A DNA stretch of 63,014 nucleotides, filler included, from Choristocarpus tenellus KU-1152 (lineage: Eukaryota; Protista; Phaeophyceae): NCBI GenBank assembly GCA_964200185.2. It is 7 parts of 7 records of this genome, joined end to end, with 100 filler letters (N's around TTAATTAATTAA, not from the genome) between each part and the next. Parts side by side here need not be neighbours in the genome. Positions count along the whole stretch, not along the records: positions 33,970 to 45,602 come from CAXNAD020002215.1; positions 45,703 to 49,741 come from CAXNAD020016540.1; positions 49,842 to 53,393 come from CAXNAD020019306.1; 4 more parts are not named here. The stretch is one strand, 5' to 3'. The first letter of the stretch is position 1. Every line of letters starts with the position of its first letter. Positions 39,041 to 52,100 of this stretch are shown here, one piece after another. A program made the position numbers and the translations under genes. The notes beneath the pieces are model-generated. The model worked only from the letters and a program-made list of their open reading frames with translations, was not told where the DNA came from and did not search any database.

Positions 39041-39914
39041 GTCGAGAGTGGTGTGTCTGAACACAAAAATTTTGCAGCGTGAAACCTTGCCCACAGCCCT
39101 TGGTGAGATATGTGCGATGTAAGGAAAGGTAAAGCAAAGTAGTAGTGGGTAGAGATGAGGGGGAGGACAAGAAGTGTAGGTTGTCCAAGGACGGAAACAA
39201 CCAGTAATCAACGGTTGACCCCGAATTGTCCGGGTAGTATTGTTGATCAGCCGATTTTATCATATTTCCATTTTCCAATTCCGCGAACCGGTTAGGGTGA
39301 CGCCGCTTGTGAATTTGTACATGGATATTATCTACTTACAATAATATGAAATAGAACAAATACCAGTGGTAGTACAGGTTTCTGATTCGACCAAACATTC
39401 CATGTGTACGTACGTATATAATCATCCTTATAATATATATTTCTATTGGTCAAATTATACTCACTGTAATATTGTAAACGTATAATATTAGTTGTACTAT
39501 TTGTGGTAGTACTATTGTAGGACTACTGTTTGAAATGCCTCCCTGGTTTGCATACGTTCAATCCCACTATATATCTCGACATATATCCCACCATATATCC
39601 CACCATTCATCGCTCTACCTCCTCTCTCCATTATTGTATTGGATCCATAACCTAACGTTCCCAAAAATGAAGCCTTGTCAAAACGTTTTGGGCTTCTGTT
39701 GGTGTTTTCTTGGTGTTGGGATAGATTGGATAGTAGAAGTGGATCATGGTCAGCAGATTTCGGTGAGAAGAGAATGCATACACAAATTTTGGTTGATGGG
39801 GTTCAAATCGGCGAATTTCACATTCAAAATAACATTTTCTGCCACCTGTTGATACTCTGAGATGAAACAAGACGAATGGCTAAATCGGTGCCAAACAGAA
39901 GTAACAATAAACTT

Positions 39915-40262
39915 TACAACAATGCCCAGAACCTTCTTTGAGAATCGAGAATCGAGAATCGAGAAACAATTTCGCAGGAAGCACTTGTAAATTCCGTTCG
40001 TCCTTCCTCCTAACATATTATTATACTATGTAATATATATTATTATGGGTGGTCACATTTTCCACATATGTTACGTGTGTATAACGTAACATGCATATAT
40101 GGTCCGTGACATTTTCGCTCACTCTTAGTTGCATATTTTGTTTTGCTCAAACAATGCCCAGAACCTTCTTTGAGAATCGAGAATTGAAAACAAATATCGC
40201 AAGAAGCACTTGTAAGTTCCGTTCGTTCTTCCTCTTAACATATTATTATACTATGTAATACA
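39915..40262 (+). repeat. Diverged direct repeat, two units of ~110-120 bp, upstream of the GSDH gene
   Basis: ACAATGCCCAGAACCTTCTTTGAGAATCGAGAAT...GAAGCACTTGTAA...TAACATATTATTATACTATGTAATA at ~39918 and ~40151. Confidence 0.85.
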
Positions 40263-40744
40263 TTATTAGAGGTCCATCAAATAGGCAATTATTATGAGTT
40301 GTGTATTTGAAAGTAAGAAAAAAAATGAGGTACAAAAACTATATTTAGACGAAAAGGGCATGCTGGGACCTGATCTAGGTTAAATCTGTTTCTACAACCA
40401 CAGACGAGTGTATTGCGCCTTTTTGTCATCATTAATATTTATCAATCACAAACATATTCTGAGGATTTCCAAATCACTTGCCCTTGACGTTGACAACAAT
40501 GTGACACCCAACCTCCAACAAATCAGGTTCACCCAGAGGATTAATGGTTGTGTAATGTTAGGTTTTGCTGAAGCAAACCCCCCTTGTCACGACTAGTGCT
40601 CTTGACCACCCCTCACAATCCATTGAGAAACCCTCACTCACAATGATATTATTAATAGTCGAAGCAGGTCCTATTATAGACTTGCACTATGAAGGCGATG
40701 GAGAAGGAAGAGAAGAATCCCACGAATCAGTCTAGCCCCTCCTG

Positions 40745-41950
40745 GCCCCATGGATCCGATGTCTCCAGCTTTATATGCGTAACACGTCTGGAGATTTCGA
40801 TTTGAGCTGTACTGACGCAATCTGCCGCAGCTCCCTTACAGCTAAGCCCTCCATCCCCCTATTCCACCCACAACACGAGTCGCTAGTTCGTCCAGAAATT
40901 GCTCTGACTGTGTACCTAGGCGCCTAAGGCTTTTCATCGAGCGTGCATTGTGAGGTTGAAACTACAAGGGTTAAAATATTGCCCTCAGTGGTTGCACTTT
41001 CGAGCTTCAGCTGCAGGAGCAGCAGTGTTGTTGTTGGCGGATGATTGTTCAAGGTGACAGCCTATTTGAACCTCCGCGAAGGACACATTCGGAAGTAATC
41101 CCTTTTCTGGGTAAGGGGCAGTGACTGTATGATTAGAGAATGCCCCTACATGGAATGGTACGTCCGTATGGAACCTTCGGTTAATGGTGAAGGAGCATAC
41201 ACATCCTTCAGGCAAGGGGTACCCATCTATCCGTAGGTGCTGCCCAGTTGCCTGACCATAATAGAGAGGTGAGTCCAAGTGTATTTGTGCTCCACCCCTG
41301 GGGCACGTGGGTGCATGACTAGTTAGTGTCCAAAACTCGTCTCGTATATCCAGCTACCAGGCAGCAATTGGATACTGCGTCCTCTATCCCTGATTGATTC
41401 ACCACGAGGCAAAGTTCTGGGGAAAGTATCCTCCTTGCTGGTTCAAAGGGTTGAATGGTTACCCAAGCATTGACCCCTTGCAAACAGTGTCGCCTGTGGT
41501 AAAATCTAAAACCATTGTGGAAGATGACTGCCCCAGTCTGGGGTCTGTAGGGAGGTTTGTGAGCTTAGGGTGGAAGGGATCAAAAAGGAATCAGTCGAGG
41601 AGACACGAGATCCGAAGTTGGGCATTTCTTGGTATTATGTGTTATTCTGCACAGCCAGGATGTGGGGTTGCCCTGAAGGGGCTTTACAACCCTAGTCTAC
41701 CCCGCCTCTCCAATGGTCGCGACCAGGTCCTCTATGGGGACTAGGATTGATGAGGTTAGAAGTTTCTTTGGACACAACGTTAGGGCTGGAGCAGATGTCG
41801 GCAGCAAATTCCTCGCCAGGGACACCTTCTTGTCATCATGCAAGGAGGGTTGGAAGGGCGACTGCTAATAATGAGACTACAAAAGCATCAAACGGGCAGT
41901 GGGCCACGGAGGAGAGACATATATCGAATGCACCACGCAGAGTTGATATA
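40745..41950 (-). mobile_element. Degenerate non-LTR retrotransposon 3' region (CRE-like, restriction-like endonuclease domain)
   Basis: HLRIDG...NVSFAEVQ...HLEQSSA...AAEARKCNH...GRLG..SEQFLDELATRVVGG...ISRRV; homologous to 62400-62706. Confidence 0.7.
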
Positions 41951-42369
41951 TTGTGACGGCTTTGCTAGTGATGCAGTGAAGTGTGGCATACAATATTGAA
42001 ATCTTGCCTCTTATTAGTGTGTTTGCACAGAATGAAATTCACTGTCGGAAAATCTTTATTCATGGTTGTAAAAAAGACTGGTCTCTGATCATCTTCCAAA
42101 CGCAACAAACTGTCCACTCGCTAAAATGATGGTGGTTTAGACTACCACATGTAGATTAGCATCTGAGACAGATTATTACCCCTGCTCCCAAAAACGGGTT
42201 CTGAATACTGTTATTTTGAGTGTGCAGATAAGTAGGATTTTTCTTATCGCTCACTTCATTTTCTAAGAAATCTGTATGACCTTGATGGTTAAGTGGATTC
42301 CACATGAAAACAACAGTTTGTGCAACTGATTTTTTGCATCCACAGGATAATAGTATACATGCATGATAT

Positions 42370-42632
42370 AGATCTCAATTCTTGACAATACCAGAGGTCA
42401 GGAGCCTACCGGGCATAGTTTGGGGACCATCACCCCACTGGTCGTGCGCTATCCCTGAGTGGTCATCTCAACCTTCACATTTGCCTTCTACCCTGTTGCT
42501 GGACCCCTTTCTTACTCTATCATTATCCGCCCATTGTAGGGAGTTGGGAAAGCGGTCCAACTGGGATTTGATCCCACACCATCTGATTTAGTAACAGCGT
42601 GACTGATTGCCCTGGTGAAACAGTGGCATCTC
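42370..42632. repeat. Diverged copy of the family C element
   Basis: ATCTCAATTCTTGACAA...CCATCACCCC...GGGAAAGCGGTCCAACTGGGAT...CCTGGTGAAACAGTGGCAT resembles 15244-15518 (internal part reversed). Confidence 0.5.
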
Positions 42633-43056
42633 TATGTTTGACATGATGATGTATCTTTGGGACACTATTGTTAACTATACTACTCTATGGTGAGCCTACA
42701 GATGAATCGAATAACAAGGGTTTCTACACGAGAGAAATACACGATTTTTTTAAATTTTATTTCCCAAAATTCGTTTTGTCAGTATCAGGAATTCTTTGAT
42801 ACTACACCGGGACAAGGCATTACAGTGGTTTACTGACGCATAAGCTCAAAATTTCTTCTACTGCTTTTGTTTTAAAGGTTTGGCAACAATTGGATAGATC
42901 AGTCGTGGTTTCCTTGCCCAGTTTCTAATGTTGCCTTCTCTTCTCTCGTGTTGTTCTCGTGGTCAACAGGAATGGACTATTTTTTTTCTTCAAAAAAGGT
43001 ATCCCCTTCTTAACCTCCATCCCTGTATCTTCCTCCAGTGTTAAATGCAACTGCAT

Positions 43057-43314
43057 GAGTCAAAGTATCTTAGAGGGTAGAGCCGCGTCCGTTTGGGAAC
43101 CAAAACCCAATGTTGCGATTTTGATGTAATTTTTGCTATCGTTCTTGTTAGGAAGTGTCAATATCTTTTTTCGGAGACACCTTTTCATAACATATACGTT
43201 TTACCTATTCCGAAACATTACGGAGTAGGTAAACTGTCATAAATAACCTGCGTGAAGTCAAGCCCCAAATGGACGAACCGGGCAAAAACCTTACTCTCTA
43301 AGATACTTTCAATC
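43057..43314 (-). mobile_element. MITE family B with 4-bp TSD GCAT
   Basis: gcat|GAGTCAAAGTATCTTAGAG...CTCTAAGATACTTTCAATC|gcat. Confidence 0.88.
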
Positions 43315-45521
43315 GCATATTGAACTATATGAGTACGGGTTGTGTCCTTCAATACTTTCTTTACTGGTTTGGATGAAATAGTTGACAGCGAGAGGCTCCA
43401 GCACCCATGTGGCACCTCTGATGATAGCCCCCATTTGGAGCTTTTCTGTTACTAGCTTGTATGTGCAGGCAAAGTCAGTCACACTGTACTTTAAGCAGAG
43501 CTGTCTGTGTATACGTGCCCTTATCTCACTCCGAATGATACAGAGCTCGCTTCTGACCCTTTGGGCATCCTCCAATGAGACTCTCATTCAGCCAACTCTT
43601 CTCTCCTTGGGGGAGAGGCATATTACAGTGATTGATCGTTTGTTGAGGATTCCCATCTTTGCCAAATACAGAAAAAAAATGCTAAGGCAAGAAGTTTCCA
43701 TTCCTCCTGCTGTATGGCTATCAATGCACAGAGGGCACCTGACCTAAGGAGATAGGAAAAGGCAGGACGTGGATGGATAGTTGGGGACTTAGCCTTCTTG
43801 AAAAAGATCGGAAACGGTGCTCTGCAAGGGATTGGATATTGAGAAGAAAGGTTTGAACAGAGTTGTGGACATTCAGGGACTTGCACTTTTTGCCAATGAT
43901 AGCAAAGAATGTCCAAAAAATTGTATCATGTGCAGGATGCCTTTGGAGGAAGGACAGGTAGGAGGTTTAACAATGTAGAGCTCTAGCGAGGAAAGTGAAG
44001 CCAGTTCATTTAGGATAGGGAACAAGAAAAGGGGTGGACAGTAAAATAAGTCGCACTTCCGTATCAGGGGAGACAACCAAGGGTTTTAGGAGGAGATGGG
44101 CACCTGCCCAAGGAAAAGGCAAGGCAAGGGATAACATTTCATTGGTTTGGGTGCTTGTATTCTTCTTTGTGTGTAAGATTGGGATAGATACAACAGTATG
44201 TCAAAGGAAATGTCTGTGTATGTTAGACATCTGGAAGAGAGAAGGGAGCCATCAAGAGACCTGACCAATAACATGAACACAACAGGATAGGGACAATAAT
44301 TTCATCAGTGCTTGGCCTCTTTGTGTAACATAAACATACACCGAAGTAGATATTTTTAGAAGGTGTCTTGCGTTAGGACACATGGGATCGAGGAGAAAAA
44401 AAAAGAGAAGACACTTTGAAAATGATGAGTGTTTGGGCTCTCGGTTGTTCAACATGATCATAGCAAAATAGAAGACAAAACTTATTTTTTATTCATATTT
44501 TTCTTGTCGTCATTGGGGTGCTTGCGTAAAATGAAATTCACTATCGAAATAGTCTTACGCATCACCTCATCATATAGTATTAGAACTACCATGTTGACAT
44601 ATAATGACATGGAAGACTTTTTGATAGTGAATTAAATTTTGCGCAAAATCCCTAATTTGCAACTGATTACATTAGGCGTTAATTTCCTCTCTCCATCACT
44701 ACACTATTTCTACCCAATCTGCAACAAGGTCTTCATATTTTTTCGCCATAATATATTTAAATCAACAGAGGTAACTAACTCACTATGTGCAGGGAAAATT
44801 TCAACCCATTACACACTACAAATCATTATAATGACGTCATGAGACAACGAATGACGTTACGGGATACTCACTATAAATGTATATATATTGGATTTGTGAT
44901 TACATCCTAAAAGGGAGAAGAAATATTTTTGTGCGTGTGTTATAATAGGAGGAGTGAAATAGAAAAGAATTACTATTTGTTAATAATGTGGATTTCAAAA
45001 ACCACAAGTCAACGCATCCCTATCTTGTCTTGAGGTACCAGTCAACTTTGATATATCCCATCCACGACGTAACACTCTAAGATATAACCTCTCACACACA
45101 GTACTAGGGATATGCAAGGAGACGTTGTGTAACGTCCCCAATGGTCAGGGTTCAAGGAGGGGCAATTGGAGGAATGTTGGCTAGAATTCTTCTTGTTCAG
45201 TACACACAATTTGTGGGCATCGGGGACCGCGAGGATCGAAGTGCATGTTCATCGTTAGTTGAACGTTTGAGACGGTCATGAGGTGTTCACATCGGGGAAA
45301 AATGCTGTAGGACCACACGTTCCGTAAACAATTCCGCATGGGCTTTCCGTCATTATCTTTGTACAGTCTGCGGCATGCACCCTTCTCTCAAAAGGGAGAA
45401 GGGGATAGACCTGCCCTGGAACGGGATTGTTCCAGAGTGGGCTCTTGCATGCTGTCGTCTCCTCTGTTCTGACTGGTGGCAATGTCTATGAGCTATAGAG
45501 ACACCACTTTCATTGCCCAGA

Positions 45522-45602
45522 GGGTCAAAGTATCCTGGGGGGGGGGATGGTTTGTGAGGGGGCGTCAGTTTCGGTAAAAAAACGTTTTTTTTTGTTGAGA
45601 TT
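45522..45602 (+). mobile_element. TIR end of a related element, cut by the contig end
   Basis: GGGTCAAAGTATCCTGGGGGGG; resembles the reverse complement of 24573-24657. Confidence 0.65.
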
Positions 45603-45702
45603 NNNNNNNNNNNNNNNNNNNNNNNNNNNNNNNNNNNNNNNNNNNNTTAATTAATTAANNNNNNNNNNNNNNNNNNNNNNNNNNNNNNNNNNNNNNNNNN
45701 NN
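45603..45702. other. Artificial contig linker
   Basis: N-TTAATTAATTAA-N. Confidence 0.98.
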
Positions 45703-46799
45703 TTGTTGTGATATACTTTTTTATCTATAAAATTTGTGTTGTTCAGTTGTTATTTTGGCAGTTTTGTATGTTTGGGGGTGGGGGGGGGTGGTGCACCCAA
45801 AATTATCCTGACAAAAGACAAGGAAATTTAGATATTTAGTGTTAAATTTAGATATTTAGTGGGTGTATGCCTCTGCTGTTGGAATATTGCCAAAGATGGC
45901 TCAAGAAGAGGGGAGGGTGTATTCACTGGCAATTGTAGTTCACTGCCAAGAAGATGAAGTTGTGCTCATGGGGCAGAAGGGTCCTGACTTGCAACCAAAG
46001 CAAGGGGAAAAAATATCCGGTGAGTGGGGGGGGCAGAGAGAGAGAGAGAGGATTCGTGCTTTGAAGAAAGAGGAGTCTTAACGCAGGAGGAGTTGCTAGA
46101 GATAATAGGGATGCAGAACCCCGGGGGGTAAAGGTGGATGGAGTGCCTGTTTTTGTCTGAGTATGTTCTAGGGCAGGAAATGGTCACCACTCTTACAAAT
46201 GCATCTTCTAAGGTAAGCCACAGTTTTTATTTTTGTTTTGATGAGTGTTTTTTTTTTAGACGATGCTCTCTACAGTATTACACACTTTTGGATGTGGAGG
46301 CGTTCTTTTCCACTGTTGTTTGTTTCTCTACTCCTTTTCAAATCTATCCTCCACGTCAGATAGCCGTTCCCGATAGTCGACATGGTCCTGACCTGGTATT
46401 GTAACTTTGAACAACAGCAAGTGTGAGAGTTGGGTATATTGGCTTCTGTAACTGCCGTTGTGAGGGATGGCTTCTAACCCTAACCCTGTGTGAAATAAGA
46501 GGGTTGGGCCGATGGAGTAGGTAGGAGGTAAAATTCTGGAAGTAGTGCTGTGTGGCTTAAGTAGTTGGAAGAGGAGATTGGTGACAGTGGTAAGTTCAAA
46601 GTAGACCGGGCTATGGAGGCGTTGAATGTGCTCCTCTGATGGACTGTGGTTGTGGAAAGAATCGTGAAGGATACTGGGAATGTGCTCTTACAATCGATGT
46701 ATGGAGTTACAGCCCGTATGTGGTATACGTATGTGCTCTTAGTTGTTTTGTCCTGAGTACATGCCTGGTTTCTTGAGAGTTGAAGTGGGAAGTGGGAGG

Positions 46800-47008
46800 A
46801 AAGAGGTAGAGCTTCCCCCTCTGAATCCCGTTGAGTTCCTGGCAAGTAGACACACCCTTAGCTCAAGGCTGAAATGATGGTTGTCCTAGCCCCCCCCTCC
46901 CCCGCGGGCGTGAGAGTTAAGGGTAGGTAAATCTTTTTTTCAGCCTTGAGTAAACGGGTGTTTGCCAGGAACTCGGTGGAATTCAGAGGGGGCGATTTTA
47001 CCTCTCAC
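46800..47008. repeat. Foldback/MITE-like inverted repeat (~75-bp arms, ~55-bp spacer)
   Basis: AGAGGTAGAGCTTCCCCCTCTGAATCCCGTTGAGTTCCTGGCAA...CTCAAGGCTGAAA pairs with TTTCAGCCTTGAG...TTGCCAGGAACTCGGTGGAATTCAGAGGGGGCGATTTTACCTCT. Confidence 0.8.
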
Positions 47009-47169
47009 CTTTTACCTTTTACCTTTTACCGCCTACTCCAACAGTCATACTAGAGAAAAAAACAAACAATATATTTTTCTGCTTCTTGATTTTTTGTTTT
47101 TGTTTTGTAACAAGACAATCAAAAGAAAGAAAAAACAACAACACAGGGATGTAGTCGGGGTGAACAACT

Positions 47170-47930
47170 GCAAGCACATCCATCCTGTCGACAGTTTGAC
47201 CTGATGTTTTGGCGGTATAGTCTCGTGCCAGTACACTTGGTGATCCTCCGCGGGCGTAAGAGGTGGTATACGGCGTGGTCCGTCAGAGGCTGTATATAGC
47301 ATTCCTGCGGGCTGGTCTACTTTCAACTTCCCACTGACACTGCTCTTGTCAAAAGATCAAAAGCGTTGGCTGCTGCAACCACACAGTGTGACACCCAGGA
47401 AGGCGTCCCTCGCCATGGTCCATGAAAGCATCGCTCCTTAGCCTTCAGACCTGCTGTTCGAAGTTGTAATGCCAGGCCAGAGTCGTGTATAATTTTGGGC
47501 ACGGTTAGCTGACATGGAGGATAGGGTGGGAAAGAGCTGAGGAGGAGCGCTCTTGTAAAAGGTACTGATATTGAAGCGTGTAGGACATCTAGAGAGAGTA
47601 TCGACTGAAAGGTATGCTGATCAAGATAATGCAAAACTGCAGCCTACTTTGCCTTTGAAGATGCTGTCATCCTGGAAGCAGAAGCATGTTCGCACCTGTA
47701 GTTTGCGTACTCCAGGCTGTTCTTGCTTTTGACCCTACCTTCTAGACGCTGAAGCTTGATCGAGGTCATCTCCTTGAAGTATTTGTTACTGTACAGTCAA
47801 ACCTGAAGCTTGATCGAGGTCATCTCCTTGAAGTGTTTGTTATTGTACAGTCAAACCTGATACGTCCCGTCTAGCTCAAGCCTGTCGAGTTCGTCCTTGC
47901 CAGTACTCCACACAGTGACCTCTTCACACA
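47170..47930 (-). pseudogene. Decayed ORF, possibly a Mutator/FAR1-type (WRKY-GCM1 finger) transposase N-terminus
   Basis: ...YANYRCEH...RMTASSKAK/VGCSFAL..., resembling YxC..H....SxKxGCxF; stops and frameshifts. Confidence 0.3.
47749..47860. repeat. 54-bp tandem duplication (2 units, 2 mismatches)
   Basis: CTGAAGCTTGATCGAGGTCATCTCCTTGAAGT(A/G)TTTGTTA(C/T)TGTACAGTCAAAC x2. Confidence 0.95.
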
Positions 47931-49079
47931 TGTTGCATGTACTCACCGCTCTTTGGTACTCAGCGAGATCCCTTCAGTGGGGAGGGGGGAGGCTGTTGTC
48001 ATGGCCGTGTTCATGAAAGTAGAGGAAGGACTCTTGTGTGTATCACAGCTGCACCCGAGGTTTATTTAATCCACACAGGAGGAGTACTTCCGAAGACATG
48101 GTGCTCTATCTTGCTGTCATCACCCAGCTCGTGTTTGGTGTTTATTTTTTGACGGACACCTTCATCAAAAATACAATTGGCAAGGATGGCAAGAGGTTCC
48201 AGTGTAGTGTAAATATTCCTCCGGTGGCGCTCTGCGGCAATGTGGACAATATATATATATATATATATATGACCATAGAAGAGGTCTGGCCCCCTCAAAA
48301 GTTGCCTCAACTTGCTGGTGAGTGTAGAAACTTGGGAGTGTGTCCACAAGTTGCCTTTGGCCTCCCCCACCATAGGCAATACCCTCTTTTCTGCTGGCGA
48401 AGTCTGTTCAATGATGGTATTGCCTATTGTATTGGTAGAGAGCTGTTAATGTCCGTTGCCTTTCAGGGTTAGGGTTACCCCATTTGGTTGACATGTGCCC
48501 GGGAAGGGACTGGAGGGGTGGGGTGTGATCTCGGCACAGACGTGACCTATAAGACCCCGTGTCACTTTTTTGTACTTAGGAGATGTTGGCTGGCAAATTG
48601 ATCAAGAACCAAATACATGAAATGGAAGGGAATGATACCAGGTTTCCCAAGTCTGGTAAGGTGTGTGTTTGAAATTTCCTGTGTAGACGTCAGCACTCCG
48701 ATTAGCTATGACCGGAGTTCGTTGAATTGTTTCAACTTAGGGTTAGGGAGTGAATGCTGGAATTGCGGCTTGTGGTTCAATATATTGCTGATCGATCGAT
48801 TCATGAGCCAACATTTCCAATCAAATTCAAATATATACTCCTGAATATCTGGTGTAGTGTATCTGTTAATTGTTTTTTTATTTATTTATCCCTCCCCCCG
48901 ATCTTTTGTATTTTATTGTCAGAGCTGCATGTGTTGTCAAATGAGCATTTTTTAGTATCTTTAACCGGGTTAGGGTTAGGGTTAAAGTTTGGTGTTCATG
49001 TGCCGTTTGGGGTGAATACAGAGTGTAGTACTGCTCTGCTGACTGTCAATTTACCAGCCAGCAGAAAGAGGAAAGAAAT

Positions 49080-49360
49080 AGTGTATGTATTGTGTATGTA
49101 TGTATTATGTATGTATGTATTATGTATGTATTACTCAGCGGCAGCCTGCACGTAAAAACGCCTTCTCAGTCGGGGCCACTCCCGTGGCTAAGCACCTAAG
49201 GAACGTCGCTCCTCAATTCACCTATTGAAACATTTTGCACAGTTGTTGTGTCAATCAAAACACGGATGGAGACAGAGAAACGGTCTTGGACTTAGCCGGA
49301 AATCCCAGGTGATGAACTCACCTCGGGTTTCCTCGCAGTAGTGAGCCCAAGGTGGTTTTA
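49080..49360 (-). repeat. Probable retroposon (SINE/LINE 3' end) with (ATAC)n-type tail
   Basis: (TGTATGTATTA)n-like microsatellite at 49080-49132 abutting a GC-richer non-coding body. Confidence 0.35.
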
Positions 49361-49741
49361 TTTTGAGGGATGCCGCCATCAGAGTACTACCACTGTAAGG
49401 TAACAGTGGTCCTGTGGCACCATGAACCAAGGCTTCCTTTGGGGGGGTTGGGGGACACGGCGCAGTAGTCGTAGAGCATTGATGTATGTAGATATAGTGT
49501 ATGTAGATATACGTGTCGTATGGACCATCACTATCAATACTAACACAACTAACACACTTTTATCATGTCGGACACATGTATCCTTTGTGTACCTTGATGC
49601 ATTGATGTTTTATTTTTTTTCACCCTGAGCCGAGTGGTGAAGTAGTGGTGAAGTGGCCCATGTTTTTTTTTTTTCACATTGAACAAGGTATGTTCTCCTT
49701 GACTGTAACCAGCCCCTTCTCCCTTTTTTGTCCTGTCCCCT

Positions 49742-49841
49742 NNNNNNNNNNNNNNNNNNNNNNNNNNNNNNNNNNNNNNNNNNNNTTAATTAATTAANNN
49801 NNNNNNNNNNNNNNNNNNNNNNNNNNNNNNNNNNNNNNNNN
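49742..49841. other. Artificial contig linker
   Basis: N-TTAATTAATTAA-N. Confidence 0.98.
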
Positions 49842-50559
49842 ATCACTCCTCAATTCACACTTGTCCAACCTTAACCTCGTACCCTCGGTAACGGTTCGTC
49901 TTTGTTCGTCTGGTCCGTCTTGCCCGGTGTTTCTCTTCTCTACCCTTGCCTGAGTGAACCACGCCGCTACAGAATCACACGATTCACAAATGTATATATA
50001 TATATATATGTAACTCCCCATCCGCTATTTCTTCATTATTAGTGCGAGAGGGTCAAAACTTTGAGTTTGCATCTTCTTTTTTTTCCTATATTTACAGGTC
50101 TGTTTAATCATATTATTAGTCGTGTTTGTTAGGCTCCAATGTAGCCTGCGCGTTCTGTAATTACCTGAAAGAGGGATTAGCGCTTGAAGACAAGGCATAG
50201 CGAAGCATATGGTCACCATATTCTTCGGAAATCAAACATTTGCATCGAAATCAGAGAGATGCGGTGTTCACCAGTTCCACCGTAGCTCTGAACCGGTGAC
50301 ACACATATCCTCCCATCAAGAGCAGAACGAAACCTAACGACGAAGTTCATGTCCTCCGATATCCGCGTTCCGATATGTATCGGAAGTAAACAATGTTCCT
50401 TTCAGTTTCTGTTTCTGATCCCAGCCCTAGCACCTGTCCCAACCCTAACCCTGTGCCCCAACCCTCACACCGTCCCTCACCCTTACACAATAATGAAATT
50501 ATACCAAGTCATGTTTCGCTCTTCCTTCATCCGCTCGCCTCATGTCATTTTTGCCATAC

Positions 50560-51687
50560 TTTACCGTACGACAAAGTATGGCAAAAGTTGCGGCTGTCCA
50601 CATACCAACTTCTTTGAAGCCACACGCCTCCAATCCATCATCCTCGACTTTCCCCAAAACTCAATCGTAATAATCTCATATCCCCTCTGTAGAGAAAGAA
50701 GCACATAAAATGGTATGTGCATCTGGGGATATGTCTTGACCGATACCACATGAAACGTTCAGTATCCCTTCCACCACAAAACCCATCCTACACAATAGTT
50801 TACCATTTGGCAGAACACGTCAATTGTAGCACATAAATATGCCAATATTATCTGGGGAGACACCCACCAAGCATTTGTCAACTGTTTCCCCCAAAAATCA
50901 GATCAAAACACACACTCTACCGTTTGACAAACTACCTCAATTCACTTCATCCTACATGCTTCATGGTACGTATTCATAACCTTTTTGATGTGGCTCACGA
51001 GTGATCGCATACGCGATGCACACCTTTTCAGCATATCTAATCAGGGCAGTTTCAGTTCTCGATGTATCCAACACACCCTTCTCTACGCTTTCAAAGTGGG
51101 GTGTCATCCAACACGGCCGCGTACTCCGTGGAAAACGTCATGACCAAAATTGTGCAAGCCCCTTCGTCTGAACAAAGTGGCAGTATTATCTATGTTCGCA
51201 TCATCAAGATCGATCACTAATGTCAAAGGGAAACAAACTCACCAACTCATATCGTAACCTCGTTTGAATCCCACTCAGGAAACAGGGAATAAAGAAATTG
51301 CCCAAGACCAGTGCCGCTCGTTCGTGAAAGAAATCCCAAACGGACCAGATCATGGACCTCTTCCTCTCCATGTTTGTCAACCACGATGGTCCAGAAGATG
51401 TGAAAGGAAGCGGCCACACTTGGAACGACCTTGCCTCTTGGTTGTTGGACGAGAAAAGAAGATTTACACCATTCGTGAGCATGTTGCAAGTTGTGCTGGC
51501 TCGGGAACAACGCGAGTCCACACCTGATCTCCAGGTCAAGACATTCCTAGAATATATAAAGAAAGATCTTAACACCCATCACACCCGCCAGATATACAAA
51601 TCCATCCTCGTTGGCATCGCTCCTGATGTTGAAATAGGTGATGACAGGGTGACATCGGCGTTTCAATCCCTTCTGTCCGTCACTTGA
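50560..51687 (+). pseudogene. Intronless decayed ORF with possible Ulp1/C48 peptidase-like motifs, ending in the intact 111-aa ORF 51352-51687
   Basis: VYHLAEH/SIVAHKYANIIWGDT (~50795-50862) and CGSRVIAYAMHTF (~50989). The latter frame continues through isolated stops into MDLFLSMF... Confidence 0.3.
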
Positions 51688-52100
51688 ACGTCTTTGTCAC
51701 TGAAGACTTCGAGGTGCTGAGTGCTAGCTTTGTTGATGGTGTGCCCACTATTCACATGTCACGGACGGACAAGGTGAGAAACCCTTCTTATTGCTTCTAA
51801 GAGAACAATGCCCCACACGAATAAATCCACACAGTCCATGTACAGGTGTCACATATCCCCTTATATCTCCTAATCTGCAACCGCCACTGACACCTTTCAC
51901 ATAATATTTTACAACTTTACGTAGGGCAAATAAGCGCATCCCATACGTTCGTTTCGCTGCCTAAGTGTATCCTCTATCATACATAAAACTATCCGTTTCT
52001 CACAAAGATATCAAGCAACACCCCTATACAGCCAAACAAGGCTATCACGTGCAAACACATGCCAATAGTCCTACACACCAACACAGCCCCTGCAACGAAC

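Noticed and set aside
43309-45500. Short ORFs that might be exons of another gene
   Set aside because: No recognisable motif or consistent splice chain.
47749-47860. CRISPR-like or other spaced repeat array
   Set aside because: Simple two-unit tandem duplication with no spacers. No CRISPR, tRNA or rRNA was recognised anywhere in the window.
48967-48985. Short TTAGGG tracts (also ~23050, ~48737, ~50441, ~59879)
   Set aside because: Only 2-3 units each. These are interstitial simple repeats, not telomeres.
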